In this document: positions 1-10,929 of the stretch, piece by piece
How positions within the stretch are numbered: position 1 is the first letter of the stretch
How the letters are laid out: each line of letters starts with the position of its first letter
NCBI GenBank assembly: GCA_051530055.1
Contig: CM121341.1
Location: forward strand, 558,001 to 622,000
Direction of reading: 5' to 3'
DNA length: 64,000 nucleotides
Source of the DNA: Neoechinorhynchus agilis
Lineage: Eukaryota > Animalia > Acanthocephala
Made by a program: the position numbers and the translations under genes
Notes under the pieces: generated by a model
What the model was told of the DNA's origin: nothing
The model's database searches: none
The model's input: the letters and a program-made list of their open reading frames with translations, nothing else

Positions 1-3000
1 TCAAATAATCGGGGTTTAGTTCGTAAAGTGTTTCAAGGAGTCTAGGGCGGAATAGCATTTTACGTATTTGATTCAAATTCGGCTTGTAAAATGGAGGAAG
101 TTTAGATCCAACGTTCATATTAAAACTGATACTTTCTAAAGGATATCTTAAGATTGGGAGAATGGAATCAACAATGATCATAATTAGTCCTGGAGGATGA
201 TTAAGTTTTCGCAGGTATTCAATATCACCCGCTGTTATCGCCTTAAGGGCCCGTTTTGACTCCATCAGAACTTCGTTTGCGGCTTCCATCTGCTCGTCCA
301 CCTTCTTTTTCGCAGACGAAATCACTTCGACTAAAAGCTCGGCTCTTTCCTTAATGGCTTTGACCTCCTTTGCCTTAGATTCCGCTTTTTCTTTTATGCC
401 TTCGGTCTTCTTTAGCTCAACGCCAGCTTTTTGGTTGATCACAATAATATCCTTTTCTTTAAATTGAAGTTCGCGTGAAATTTCCTTGACCTGTTCACTC
501 GCTTCAGCCAATTTCTCAACTCCAGTAATCATCTTAATTCGTTCAGCCTCAAAATATATTTTCTTCTCATCATAATGCTTCAAAAAGTTCAGTAAAAATG
601 AGAGATACGTTTTTGGAGTCACATGAACTCTTCTTCGTGTTTTCTGAAAATAAGTCTCGCAAGTACCACGAATATCATTATGGACAGTGGCCATAAATTG
701 CACCACAGACTCTTTAACGTGATCATTGCAATCGAGTTCGTGCCTATTGATATACTCTCGTGACACATTAAGGAGTGCATCAATTGGCCATCGATGATAA
801 TAATCGATTGTGCATCCACTTATAAGTCCAGGAAATTTCATTGCTCTTTCTCTGAACCTTTTGTTATCTGGAGAGAAGCACAAAATCATATGAAGATTTT
901 TTCTAATTTTGGCACGAAAATATGCCATCAGCACCTCATGCGTCTGGACCAGTTTAGGCTGTACTCTTCTTAATGAAAAAGACAGTTCATTCAACAGAAG
1001 TGCAGTGTCTTCTTTACTGAACAACCCTACTATCTCGCCCGTGGTCAGCATAATGTTCACATATTCCAGCATGTTTTCATCATTTATGTCATTGTCGGAC
1101 AAAATGAACACAACACCATTTTCGCGCTTTATAGCCAACTTAAACAGAGTTCTCATATCATCCAAAAATGAGGATATGTTGTAAGTCCGGGTTACTTGAA
1201 TTCTAAATATCTTCATGTCGTTTATATAGGCAGCCAATCTGCTTAGAGACTGCTTTCCAGATCCTCCAACTCCAACTAGTAATGCATGACCCTTATCAGT
1301 GTTCAAAAGGCGAGAAATCCGTAGGAGATGTTCAATCGCATCTTTGAAAAATACCAAGTCCATGTTATTTCCCCTAACTTCAGCATTCATTCGGTTCATA
1401 ATTGAACGAAGAATTCCACTTAGCCCATCAATGTCAGTCACTTGTTCATAGAACCGCTGATCGAAATCCTGTTGAGAGATTCCGCCTAGCATGAGTGTAT
1501 CCGCTGCATCCTGCTCTAACCGAAGAAAGTTACAGAAAAGCGGATCTCCGTTGCTCTTGTCCACCAAGATTTCCTGTTCCATTGTCGTATCCTCTTCGAA
1601 ATTTTCTTCAGCATTCTCTTCGTCGTAATTTTCACTCGCAAAACTATAATCATCACCACTACCGTTATCTTCTTCAAACTCTACTTTTTCCTGCTCCTTT
1701 GGTATCGGCAATAGTCCGATGGCAGTTTCCTCTAACTTTTCATTGAACCAATCAATTTCGCTTTGGTCAACAAGTCTGTCCCTTAACACACGAGAACATT
1801 CATGTTTCCAAAGAAGAACTAGGTCTAAGGGATTTTGGCATTGTCCGCTTCTGACGTGTAGCATTCCTTCCCAAATTCTACTCAAATCTCGAAGATTGAA
1901 CACATAATGAAACTTCGCTGGGGTGGGTAGAAGAGTGCTCTTTACATCTTGCCAAAGAAAACGAGTTGCTTCAATCACATTCGGAATAAGTTCAATAACT
2001 GAGGAACTAAATTTACGCTCTTTGCAAAAGTAATGAGCAATGGATCCGAATATCTTATCAATTGTCTCATCTGATGGTAGGGAACAATTAAAAATACAGA
2101 ACTGCCTTTTAAGACGTTCTGGGATATCATTTCGACCGCCATAAGGATGAACCATTGCTGCAATAAATCTCAAATTGGAAACACTTGTCCATTCACCTGG
2201 TTTGTCGAGGCTATAGAAACCTTTAAACTCGATCAACTGCCTGACAATCTCGTTGGCAACCTGATCTCCCCATTCATTCACCATTGGCATACTAATATCA
2301 TCGATAAAAATAGTCATTGATTGCTCTCCAGGTGGTCCGTATGACCCATCTAACTTGCGTTCTAGATAACTTTCTATTGAACATTGAAAGAATGAGGGAG
2401 TTGTTACGGACGAGAAGTTCAAGATACGATAAACATGTTCCTCGTGATCATAGGCTGTATCCAGGAACTCAACTGCCATCGCTGTTTTAGCCGTACCTTG
2501 TTCGCCTGTCAAGAGAACATTCTTATCTTGCTTTGCGATTAAATCCATCAGATACTTCGTCTGAACACTATCTTTATTTGGCACTAGAATTCGAGAAAAT
2601 TCGATATCTTCTTCCTCCGGATACTTCCACTCGCTTACAATCGTGTCCCACAATTCCCATTCACCTTCTTCATTAATAAAATAATTAAACACGCCAGTGC
2701 TCAATTCAGCAAATAGAGATTTTGAAAATCTGATGTTTGATTTGCAGAATGCCTCTAATCGAATTCTATCAGAAAGGCCAAGAAGTGCACCAAAGGACCA
2801 AGCTAGAGCAAATACTGTAAATCGGTCGATAACTTCTGGTCGACTTACAAATGATTTCAGGGGAAGTCCGTCCAGAATATCAAGCAATTGCTTTATATAA
2901 TTACACTCGTAAACATTCACTTTCGGCTCGAGATCAGTAGTACAAAATCTATAGATACCATCAAAGGACCTTTTTAAAAAGTTCATTACAACCCTGCCCA

Positions 3001-6000
3001 CTTCATTATCGGATTGTTTGACCCATGATTCAGCTATTGCTGTCCACGGCAGTACCGAAGAACTCATGTACACCATTCCGTTTCTGGATACAGTGGCAGG
3101 CGATGCGTTTTCAATGCTATGAACCTCAAATATTATTTTTAAGTTTGAAGCCATCGGAATGCGATCTCCGTTGGCCAGCGTGAGGAGTTTGTTATCATCT
3201 AGCACTGAGTTGAGGTTTTCTATCCAAACTGCGTCTACCGGGCCATCCAAAACCATCCAAGTAGATTCATTGAGCCCTCGCTTTTGACTAATCGTAAACA
3301 TTTGCAAAAATCGCCTCCATAACGTTGAGAATATCCCATCCGTCCAATCATTAGTCGCTACATCCAACGCACCAAACATCTGAGTGGCCGTTATTGCTTT
3401 AGGATTCATCCTATACTCATGAGTCGCTGTTCCGATGAGAGAAAGAGCTCCTTCAAGGACTTGTATGCATGAAGTCTTTCCAGATCCACTAGGTCCAAGA
3501 ACCATTATTCCGTGGCGGACTAATTGTGTCTCGTACAGCTGAACGATTTTCTCATTCCAACTTGCGACGTTTGTTAAACCCATTTTTTCGACTACATGAT
3601 CAATCGCTGCCTGCAGCCGTTCATTCGACTCCTTAGCCAGTTTTTCTCCAGGAAAAAGGTCATTTAATAGCGAACTGAACAAAGGTTCATCTTCATCGAT
3701 AAGTTTTGATAAATTCATATCACGAAGTACCCTTTGCACGACCTGACTTTCACTCTCCTTCAGACCGCTTCTGCGGGCTGCTCCAAGTGTTCTCAATACG
3801 GCCAAGATATTTCTGAGCCCAAAGTCATAGTGAACTTGTTTACTGAGCTGATCTTCACACAATTTATACAGCAAGTAAAATTTTTGGGAAAGCACTGTGC
3901 TTTCAGCAAATCCGGAACTTGCTAACTTCACTCGTATAATAATTTGCCGGTCTGGCACCATCATTGCAACAACGCGGAAGTTGACTTTTAAATTTTCTGG
4001 AAGTTCTTGACGTCCTGCGTAGCCAGGATTCATCGTGATGATGACTGCAAAAGTCGGATCAAGCGAGATTTGGTCTGCATCAGTAAAAGTAAAGAGCGAT
4101 TTTTCTTCGCGTTTAGCATAAAGCATTGTTTGGATTTGCTGTGCAGCCACAGATAGAACGGAAAGGTTTATCCGATTAAACTCGTCAAAACACCCCCAAC
4201 AACCGGATTGTGCAAGTCCTTTAAACGTCTTACCAAGACCTTTGTAGTCAAATTGATCGCTACAATTCAGCACGATGCAATATTTTCCAATCGTACGCGC
4301 CATATCCTTTGTCGTCTCCGTCTTTCCGGTTCCAGCAGGACCTGCCGGACTTCCGCCATAGCACATTCCAAGTGCTTGAGCCAGGGAAATATAGCACCGA
4401 TCGGTTAAAGGAGTAATTACAAGACGCTCACTGCACTCGAGGAATTCGTGGCTATAGTCAAAATTAACATCACTTATACGGATTTTCAGTTGTCGCGAGC
4501 TTTGGTCAAAATATAGGCGACATTGTTTCAGCCAATCAAAATCGCATATTGAAGAGACGTTTTGCTTTTCTACAATTTCTTCAAATGTATCTCGTTGATG
4601 AATATGGATCGTAATCAGAGTTTCGAACTTTTTCCGATTATAAGCCGATAAATTCCCCAGCGTATAGCGCACCAATTTCTCTAAAATTGCCTCAAAACGT
4701 CTGTTGGCCTCCTGCATAGATCCAGGAACATTATGTTTTAGCTTAGAAATAGAGGACTCAGCGTTAACTGTCCAATAGAGTTGAAGCACAATCAGTGCAA
4801 ACTGTTGATATTCTTTACTGGCGAAAGCAATATAGTCAAAATGCGGATCTAACATTAATTTAACACATTTTTCAATCTTGTTCTTTACTGTCTGTTGATG
4901 AATGCTCAGAAAGTCACCCAGCCAAACCTCGATTCGTTTCATCGTACTTACCGGTTTCGCCAATGGAATATGCTCATTTTCACGACTTTTCATAGCGACT
5001 ACCTCTATTTTCGCTCCGTCGTCTATTCCTTGAGCGAAATCGTTATCGCGATTGAAACCCGTTCTGAATTCGACTTCGTGTACACTTTCTGTGAATGTGG
5101 AAAAGTAAGGTTGCAATTTCTTAGGGTCCGATGCCTGTCCCAAAATTTCAAGCAGCACTGGTTCCGACAAAAAGTAGAACCGTGGAAATATTTTTCGTTT
5201 GGTTTCCAAATAACCTGCGAGTGAATTAAGACACGATTCAAGCTGACTTAGCATCGTGTCGAGCAAATCTATATTGTTTTCATATGAAATACAACAACTC
5301 ACTACATTAGGTGTTTCTTTTGCTCGGTTTATCATCTTGATCCATGTTCGATCGATAGTGGTAAATAGTCGAGCTTCCACCGGTAACTGCTTGGCGATGT
5401 CGCCTCCTACGAACACCGCCTCAAGATACACGTAAAGGTTTTGAACTTGGATCCATCTAGTCATCACGTTTTGAGTCACGGACAGATCGTCTGCTAATCT
5501 CTTTATTTTGTCCTGGAAATATGTATTGTACCTGTTCGATGAAAGTGCGGACAATACTACATTTGTTTCTTCGATAGCAGCGATCATGTCACTCGTCTCT
5601 TGCCCTTTAAGCAAGATCTCCCCCTTTTCCTTCAATGCCGCGAATACAAAATCTTTTCCCTTCCATTCTTCATCAATCATTTGAAGCTTGTTAGAGATGT
5701 CCTTCTCCTTTAAGGCTGTAACGCAAACATCCTCTACTAATTCCTTCTTTTCTAACATAGCGGTTTCGAACATATCGCCTACAAAGAATGCATCGTTGTC
5801 AGGGTCAAACTCTCGTTCAAGTATTTCATTCAAACTTTCCCAATGCCTTTCTTGCATCGCATCACTTACCATCATATCCAGAAGAGGAACTCTATCTAAT
5901 AGATCCTCGATTATCAACTTGAGATCCGTGTAGGCTGGATAAATCTTTAGTCGCTTCGACAGACGTTTGCTTTTTGAAGACAAAATACTCACTTCGTCTA

Positions 6001-9000
6001 AAATTTGATCTGCGTCGACATTTTTCCAAGGAGTAAGCCGTATCCGATTGTCCAAATCTGCGCATTCGTCGTAAAGGCCGTAAAGCTGCTCAAGAAGTTC
6101 AAACTCTTGTCTAAGAACAAATATTATAGGGTTCGCATCAGCATTCAAAGCCAGTAAAAGTTGCATTTCGAATACTTTAGCGTACTTCTGCCACAATATT
6201 TCGAACATGGTCCTGAAAAAGTGCATTCGGGACTTTCCTTCCGATGCTGTCACTCCAAGTACAAGTGGGCCATTTGTGGCGAAATCGTTCGCAAAACTCT
6301 TTACTTCGGCATCAATGGCACTTATTTCTTGTTCTGAACGTTTCTCGTACGACCGTAGCATTGAGAAAACGCTTTTAAGCGATCCGTTAACTATCTCTTC
6401 AATATCTGAGAATTCTAGTGACAGTGACTTTGTCTTTGCCATGAAATCCTCATCCATGAGAGTTCCTATCGCCTGCAGACCATCGACAGCTTCATTCAGG
6501 AGCGGAATACACGATTTGAAATAGCAGGTGAGCGATTTGATTTCTCTGTGGAAAGTCATCAATCTCTTCAGCTCTTTAGAGTTAAAATACCCGTCATCAT
6601 TTACCGTTGGGATTCGAGATTTTATGCTGTCAATGAAATCCCATATTTCACTCACGTTACATTCAATTAGTTTAAAAATTATTTGGCCAACTTGTTTTTG
6701 TTTTTCTTGGAAGCCAATCACAATGCTCTCCAAAATGGGATCTGCTATCAATACCATCGGAAATATTGTTTGCTCTTTTATATCAGCATTTTCTAGGTTG
6801 CTTGAAATATGCGCCAATTTCTGGATCGCTCTTACAATATTATTGAGGGATAAGTTTTCTCCGTTAATTGTTCTCAAAATTGAATTAAATGTTTCATCCT
6901 TGATGACTTCAACCAACTCTTGGATTTTATCCAAATAGGCGTTGATGTCCACATGGCGACAACCAATGTATATTTGAGCAGTATTTACCATTTTAATCAT
7001 CAGTTCCTTGTTGTAGGGTATATCAATATTTTCGATTGATTCTAGTGTGATTTCATTCTCACAAACCTCTTCCCAGAAATCGTTATCGGCCAGAGAATGG
7101 TCATGAATCAATTCTGGGCGCACTCGAAATCGTGGCTGCACTGCCCTACCAATATCCGCAACGTAACAGTAACACTGCAAAGTGGCTACTTCTAGCACTG
7201 AAAGTGGTGGTAAAATTTCGGGCAACATTTTCTCATGATTGAGAACAACGTGGACAGTAAAAGGTGGTCGGTATGAATTCGACTCAAAACTTATAATTCC
7301 ATTTTCCTCGTCTAAATCCATTATTGGAATAAAGCCGTCATCTACTCGCTTAAGCGATCTTTTCAAGGTTTCGTCAATCACGCCTGTTATAATTTCCGAA
7401 AAATATCTCATTACTTCTCCGCATATTTCAGCGACAACTACAGGCACACCTTTCGGGTTTATATTGTACCCTCCATGAACAAAGGCGTCCTGGAGTTGAT
7501 CATATGAATTTATCAAACGCATCTCGCTACTATCCACATTAGCAATCGATGCTAAACGGTAAATTAACTTGATTATAAACGATTTAAGTGAATCGACAGC
7601 TCTAGAAAGTCGTTCCGCTGCAAATATCGACGTATGAAACATGAATGTCAATAAATCGCTGTAAGGATGCGGTCCATTTGGAGGCATTGTAACCAATTCC
7701 ATTTCCTCAATCACCTTAATATATGGATAAATATGAGAATTTAACAAAAAATTAGTTTGATCGAATGAGTCATGTATATTTTGTATACTCTTTAAACATT
7801 TCTCTAAGTCCTCTTTACCATCTAGGTTGCTCCATTGATATGTCGACGATAGCAATTTAAGCATATAATTGACTTGTTTAATTGCTTCTCTTAGTGCCGT
7901 ACCGTAAACTGGCACATTTTTATCTCTATTGACTAGCTCCCTATATTTCAAAATAATATCCGTAACTAAGGGATGAAGACGATTTATCGATTCCATATTA
8001 GATAGGAGCTTTTCATAGAATTCAGGAATGTTGTGCCCACTTAACAAATGGGCAAGAACTCCGTGTCTTATTACGAAATAGTTCGGGCTCATGTTCACTG
8101 CGTAAATGCATCCTGAATCATCAGACCGAATGGCTATAAACAATGGCGTGTAACTAGCCTTGAGTATTTGACTGGCCCCCTTTATGATATCATCAATCGA
8201 CCGTTCTAATGTGATTTCGTGCAGGCGGAGGGCTTTTTGGTAAGTTAGAGTAAGAGACTTGGACTTAACTGATTGAGGACAGACAGCAATCAATTGATCA
8301 TAAGTGTGTTTTATGTGCTTAACTTTGGAGCATGATAATTGAATATCCTGCCCTTTTGCGGATGATGCAGGTGGAACTGCTGGAAACCTAGGTCGTCCTT
8401 TCTGAATGTCGTTCGTTAAAGTTTGGAAGTAATCCTCAAAATAAGATGAAATTTTTTTGCTCAAATTGTCAATGATTTGTGGGGCATCGGACGGTGCAAC
8501 GTTTTGCGCTGATCTAATTATATCTAAGACAACCATTGGGTGCGATTTTTCCGTCATCATAGCAAACGTTAGTCGCTCTTTGAACTGTTCACTAATGCAC
8601 TCATCCATCACTTGTATGGTGTCTTGAAAAGCCGATTCGAGTGCAACGAACACTTCAGTGTTCATCAGAGCGAGTCTCAAATTCAGGCATGTCAATTTCA
8701 GAAGATCTTCAAGTTGTTCATATCCTCTTCTCTCTCCAGCCAAATCAATAACTTTGCGTTTAATATAAGACATACCCTTCGAATAAATATTTTCAATCGT
8801 CTTACACCGACTTCCCAGTGCCTCAAGTGAAGTCCATTTGTTCTCGGGGGAGATACCAGCCATATATTCAGAAAGATTATACGAATGATTGTCGTTTATA
8901 CTCCTACTCAAGTTGTTCAGTTTAAATTGCCTTTCATATTCATTACATATCTTGGTAGTTCGAAATAATCTCATCCGGAGGTTGTCGTAGTTATTGTCAG

Positions 9001-10429
9001 ACTGATCACTTGATGCTATGTAATCAATTAAAGTCATCGAAAGCTTCTTGTCGATTTTCATAAGTAGGCTAATTATGTTTTCTGGACGCCTGTAAAATTC
9101 ACTTGAACGTTGTAGTGCAAATATCAGTTTTGAAAAAGCTTTAATAGAATTTTCAAGTTCGTCAATATCGTTCGAAGGGCCCAGAGGAGATGTAATTCGA
9201 CAAAGAATACTTATTTGTTTAAGGTTGTTTTTAGCAAATACTGTCCACTTTAAGAGACGATGTTCCAACCGGTTTACTTTTTCTATAGATTTTCTGGTTT
9301 CTGCGTTGTCCATGAGAGTTGAGGCGTAAAAAACACATCGCCGTTCGGGAGACACCAGTTGCTCCAGATAGAATTCACATAGCATACTCATGCGTTGCCA
9401 ATAGATAAGTTCGGCTTCAATTTTACCTTCGTTAGCAACTAGTCCATAATTCTGAGTAGATTTTATGGCTGCATTCAGCTGCGTAATCCAATCATTGATG
9501 TAGCCTTGTAAATCCTTGGCGACCGCTTGCATCCTGCTCAATGATATCGCTGCTGCCATGAGTTCCTGAGAAGGAAGTTCATACAGCAGGCCCCCACTTT
9601 TTGTTTCACCTAAACTGATTCCATATTTTGACAAATCCGGTTTCTTTAACGGCACAAGATCGTCAAGGCTCTCCATGCTCGACTCAAGCGATTTTAAAAA
9701 TTTCTCCAACGCTATTTTAGCTTTTTGAAGATTTTGCCGCTTTTGACGTTCATGCCAATTTTCCAGTTCAACCGATTGGCCGAGCATTTCACTCGCATCT
9801 TCAAAATGTGGAAAATAGACATTGCGTAAAGTTGATTTAATTGCATCAAGCATTTCGCTATATCCTCCAACGACACCACAAACAAATGAATAAAATGTTA
9901 CAAATTTGTCAAAGTTCTTAACGGTAAGAACGGCTGATTTATCACGCCTAGTGAACATGTTTATTCTGATACGTTTGACACGAGCGTCTCCTAAGACCTT
10001 ATGGTCGGGAATATATGAATTTTCCTTGGGAACGTAAACCAAAATTGTCTTAGTGCTTATTGAATCATCGTCCTGAATAAGTTCAATTACTGCAAATATA
10101 AGGGTATTTGCTAATTGAGTAATATTGCGATTGATAAATTGACTGAAATAAGAAGCACATTCAGGGCTGTCGCTGACTATATGGAACGCCTTCTTTAAAC
10201 TGAAACCACACAAACCCGAAACTCGTCTAATCATCAACAATCCAACCGGAATACAAATCGCAGATAATTTCTGGTGTTTGATCTCCCGTTCTTCTAACAT
10301 TTTAACCTGCTCCTGATTCAAATAAGCATCCTTAAAGCTTGGTTTAGCTTCGACTGAAGTCGATACAAGACTTTGAGCTGATCGCTTTTCTTCATTTGTT
10401 ACACTCATGTCTTCAGTAGGCATACACAT
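1..10429 (-). CDS. DNAH5/DNAH8-like: Axonemal outer-arm dynein heavy chain (gamma type, DNAH5/DNAH8-like); 3' part lies outside the window
   Basis: Four P-loops in one frame: GPAGTGKT (4319-4342), GPSGSGKT (3473-3496), GEQGTAKT (2483-2506), GVGGSGKQ (1250-1273). AAA1 context CSERLVITPLTDRCYISLAQALG...CFDEFNRI...MNPGYAGRQELPENLK. Stalk/MTBD-like segment (GDIEYLRKLNHPPGLIMIIVD) at ~1-260. In-frame ATGs at 10429, 10423 and 10408. No ORF-track entry in this frame, which implies no stop before the window edge. Confidence 0.95.
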   Translation of the reverse strand, partial: MCMPTEDMSVTNEEKRSAQSLVSTSVEAKPSFKDAYLNQEQVKMLEEREIKHQKLSAICIPVGLLMIRRVSGLCGFSLKKAFHIVSDSPECASYFSQFINRNITQLANTLIFAVIELIQDDDSISTKTILVYVPKENSYIPDHKVLGDARVKRIRINMFTRRDKSAVLTVKNFDKFVTFYSFVCGVVGGYSEMLDAIKSTLRNVYFPHFEDASEMLGQSVELENWHERQKRQNLQKAKIALEKFLKSLESSMESLDDLVPLKKPDLSKYGISLGETKSGGLLYELPSQELMAAAISLSRMQAVAKDLQGYINDWITQLNAAIKSTQNYGLVANEGKIEAELIYWQRMSMLCEFYLEQLVSPERRCVFYASTLMDNAETRKSIEKVNRLEHRLLKWTVFAKNNLKQISILCRITSPLGPSNDIDELENSIKAFSKLIFALQRSSEFYRRPENIISLLMKIDKKLSMTLIDYIASSDQSDNNYDNLRMRLFRTTKICNEYERQFKLNNLSRSINDNHSYNLSEYMAGISPENKWTSLEALGSRCKTIENIYSKGMSYIKRKVIDLAGERRGYEQLEDLLKLTCLNLRLALMNTEVFVALESAFQDTIQVMDECISEQFKERLTFAMMTEKSHPMVVLDIIRSAQNVAPSDAPQIIDNLSKKISSYFEDYFQTLTNDIQKGRPRFPAVPPASSAKGQDIQLSCSKVKHIKHTYDQLIAVCPQSVKSKSLTLTYQKALRLHEITLERSIDDIIKGASQILKASYTPLFIAIRSDDSGCIYAVNMSPNYFVIRHGVLAHLLSGHNIPEFYEKLLSNMESINRLHPLVTDIILKYRELVNRDKNVPVYGTALREAIKQVNYMLKLLSSTYQWSNLDGKEDLEKCLKSIQNIHDSFDQTNFLLNSHIYPYIKVIEEMELVTMPPNGPHPYSDLLTFMFHTSIFAAERLSRAVDSLKSFIIKLIYRLASIANVDSSEMRLINSYDQLQDAFVHGGYNINPKGVPVVVAEICGEVMRYFSEIITGVIDETLKRSLKRVDDGFIPIMDLDEENGIISFESNSYRPPFTVHVVLNHEKMLPEILPPLSVLEVATLQCYCYVADIGRAVQPRFRVRPELIHDHSLADNDFWEEVCENEITLESIENIDIPYNKELMIKMVNTAQIYIGCRHVDINAYLDKIQELVEVIKDETFNSILRTINGENLSLNNIVRAIQKLAHISSNLENADIKEQTIFPMVLIADPILESIVIGFQEKQKQVGQIIFKLIECNVSEIWDFIDSIKSRIPTVNDDGYFNSKELKRLMTFHREIKSLTCYFKSCIPLLNEAVDGLQAIGTLMDEDFMAKTKSLSLEFSDIEEIVNGSLKSVFSMLRSYEKRSEQEISAIDAEVKSFANDFATNGPLVLGVTASEGKSRMHFFRTMFEILWQKYAKVFEMQLLLALNADANPIIFVLRQEFELLEQLYGLYDECADLDNRIRLTPWKNVDADQILDEVSILSSKSKRLSKRLKIYPAYTDLKLIIEDLLDRVPLLDMMVSDAMQERHWESLNEILEREFDPDNDAFFVGDMFETAMLEKKELVEDVCVTALKEKDISNKLQMIDEEWKGKDFVFAALKEKGEILLKGQETSDMIAAIEETNVVLSALSSNRYNTYFQDKIKRLADDLSVTQNVMTRWIQVQNLYVYLEAVFVGGDIAKQLPVEARLFTTIDRTWIKMINRAKETPNVVSCCISYENNIDLLDTMLSQLESCLNSLAGYLETKRKIFPRFYFLSEPVLLEILGQASDPKKLQPYFSTFTESVHEVEFRTGFNRDNDFAQGIDDGAKIEVVAMKSRENEHIPLAKPVSTMKRIEVWLGDFLSIHQQTVKNKIEKCVKLMLDPHFDYIAFASKEYQQFALIVLQLYWTVNAESSISKLKHNVPGSMQEANRRFEAILEKLVRYTLGNLSAYNRKKFETLITIHIHQRDTFEEIVEKQNVSSICDFDWLKQCRLYFDQSSRQLKIRISDVNFDYSHEFLECSERLVITPLTDRCYISLAQALGMCYGGSPAGPAGTGKTETTKDMARTIGKYCIVLNCSDQFDYKGLGKTFKGLAQSGCWGCFDEFNRINLSVLSVAAQQIQTMLYAKREEKSLFTFTDADQISLDPTFAVIITMNPGYAGRQELPENLKVNFRVVAMMVPDRQIIIRVKLASSGFAESTVLSQKFYLLYKLCEDQLSKQVHYDFGLRNILAVLRTLGAARRSGLKESESQVVQRVLRDMNLSKLIDEDEPLFSSLLNDLFPGEKLAKESNERLQAAIDHVVEKMGLTNVASWNEKIVQLYETQLVRHGIMVLGPSGSGKTSCIQVLEGALSLIGTATHEYRMNPKAITATQMFGALDVATNDWTDGIFSTLWRRFLQMFTISQKRGLNESTWMVLDGPVDAVWIENLNSVLDDNKLLTLANGDRIPMASNLKIIFEVHSIENASPATVSRNGMVYMSSSVLPWTAIAESWVKQSDNEVGRVVMNFLKRSFDGIYRFCTTDLEPKVNVYECNYIKQLLDILDGLPLKSFVSRPEVIDRFTVFALAWSFGALLGLSDRIRLEAFCKSNIRFSKSLFAELSTGVFNYFINEEGEWELWDTIVSEWKYPEEEDIEFSRILVPNKDSVQTKYLMDLIAKQDKNVLLTGEQGTAKTAMAVEFLDTAYDHEEHVYRILNFSSVTTPSFFQCSIESYLERKLDGSYGPPGEQSMTIFIDDISMPMVNEWGDQVANEIVRQLIEFKGFYSLDKPGEWTSVSNLRFIAAMVHPYGGRNDIPERLKRQFCIFNCSLPSDETIDKIFGSIAHYFCKERKFSSSVIELIPNVIEATRFLWQDVKSTLLPTPAKFHYVFNLRDLSRIWEGMLHVRSGQCQNPLDLVLLWKHECSRVLRDRLVDQSEIDWFNEKLEETAIGLLPIPKEQEKVEFEEDNGSGDDYSFASENYDEENAEENFEEDTTMEQEILVDKSNGDPLFCNFLRLEQDAADTLMLGGISQQDFDQRFYEQVTDIDGLSGILRSIMNRMNAEVRGNNMDLVFFKDAIEHLLRISRLLNTDKGHALLVGVGGSGKQSLSRLAAYINDMKIFRIQVTRTYNISSFLDDMRTLFKLAIKRENGVVFILSDNDINDENMLEYVNIMLTTGEIVGLFSKEDTALLLNELSFSLRRVQPKLVQTHEVLMAYFRAKIRKNLHMILCFSPDNKRFRERAMKFPGLISGCTIDYYHRWPIDALLNVSREYINRHELDCNDHVKESVVQFMATVHNDIRGTCETYFQKTRRRVHVTPKTYLSFLLNFLKHYDEKKIYFEAERIKMITGVEKLAEASEQVKEISRELQFKEKDIIVINQKAGVELKKTEGIKEKAESKAKEVKAIKERAELLVEVISSAKKKVDEQMEAANEVLMESKRALKAITAGDIEYLRKLNHPPGLIMIIVDSILPILRYPLESISFNMNVGSKLPPFYKPNLNQIRKMLFRPRLLETLYELNPDYL

Positions 10430-10461
10430 ACCTTTCTGTCGATCTGTTTTTAATCAATTTG

Positions 10462-10476
10462 GTTGCCATAGTTAAC
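10462..10476. promoter_or_regulatory. Possible RFX X-box (one perfect half-site) upstream of the dynein start
   Basis: GTTGCCATAGTTAAC, 33-47 bp upstream of the ATG. Left half is perfect; right half has one extra base relative to RGYAAC. X-boxes are typical of ciliary gene promoters. Confidence 0.4.
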
Positions 10477-10929
10477 AGTAAATAAAAGATTATTTTGTAA
10501 TTTAAAAAGCTGCAGTAAAATGAGCTCATGCAAATGTTAGCCCATGTACAATCTTATGCAAAAAAAGATTCGTGGTTACTTGAAAAATCCGTTCATACCC
10601 ATACTTTGAAATTCAAAACATAGGAGCAAGCTGGATCCGTCCCGAGGATTTCGCTTGTTGCTTTCTCGAAAATAAAAAAGATCACTTGCAGCCCATTTCA
10701 ATGATTATACTCTACGTAATAGCCTAGAAAAATGAAAAAAATTGAGTTGTATGAGACGAATGAAACCTCTTGTAATGAAGCTCCGAAACTTTCATCTCGA
10801 TCATCATACGGATAAAGATACATTTGTATACCTCAGTAAAATTATGAGAAACAAAAAGTCACAAATATCAGCTTAACTGCTCGAGAATATAAAGTAACTA
10901 TCAGTCGAATTCTGCATAACCTGAAATAC

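Noticed and set aside
600-8830. Short ORFs overlapping the dynein
   Set aside because: Antisense or off-frame shadows with no recognisable motifs.
10411-10431. Possible 21-nt mini-intron (GTATGT...GAAG) at the dynein start
   Set aside because: Other introns here are 41 nt or longer; cannot be supported without RNA. It would only move the start to 10408.
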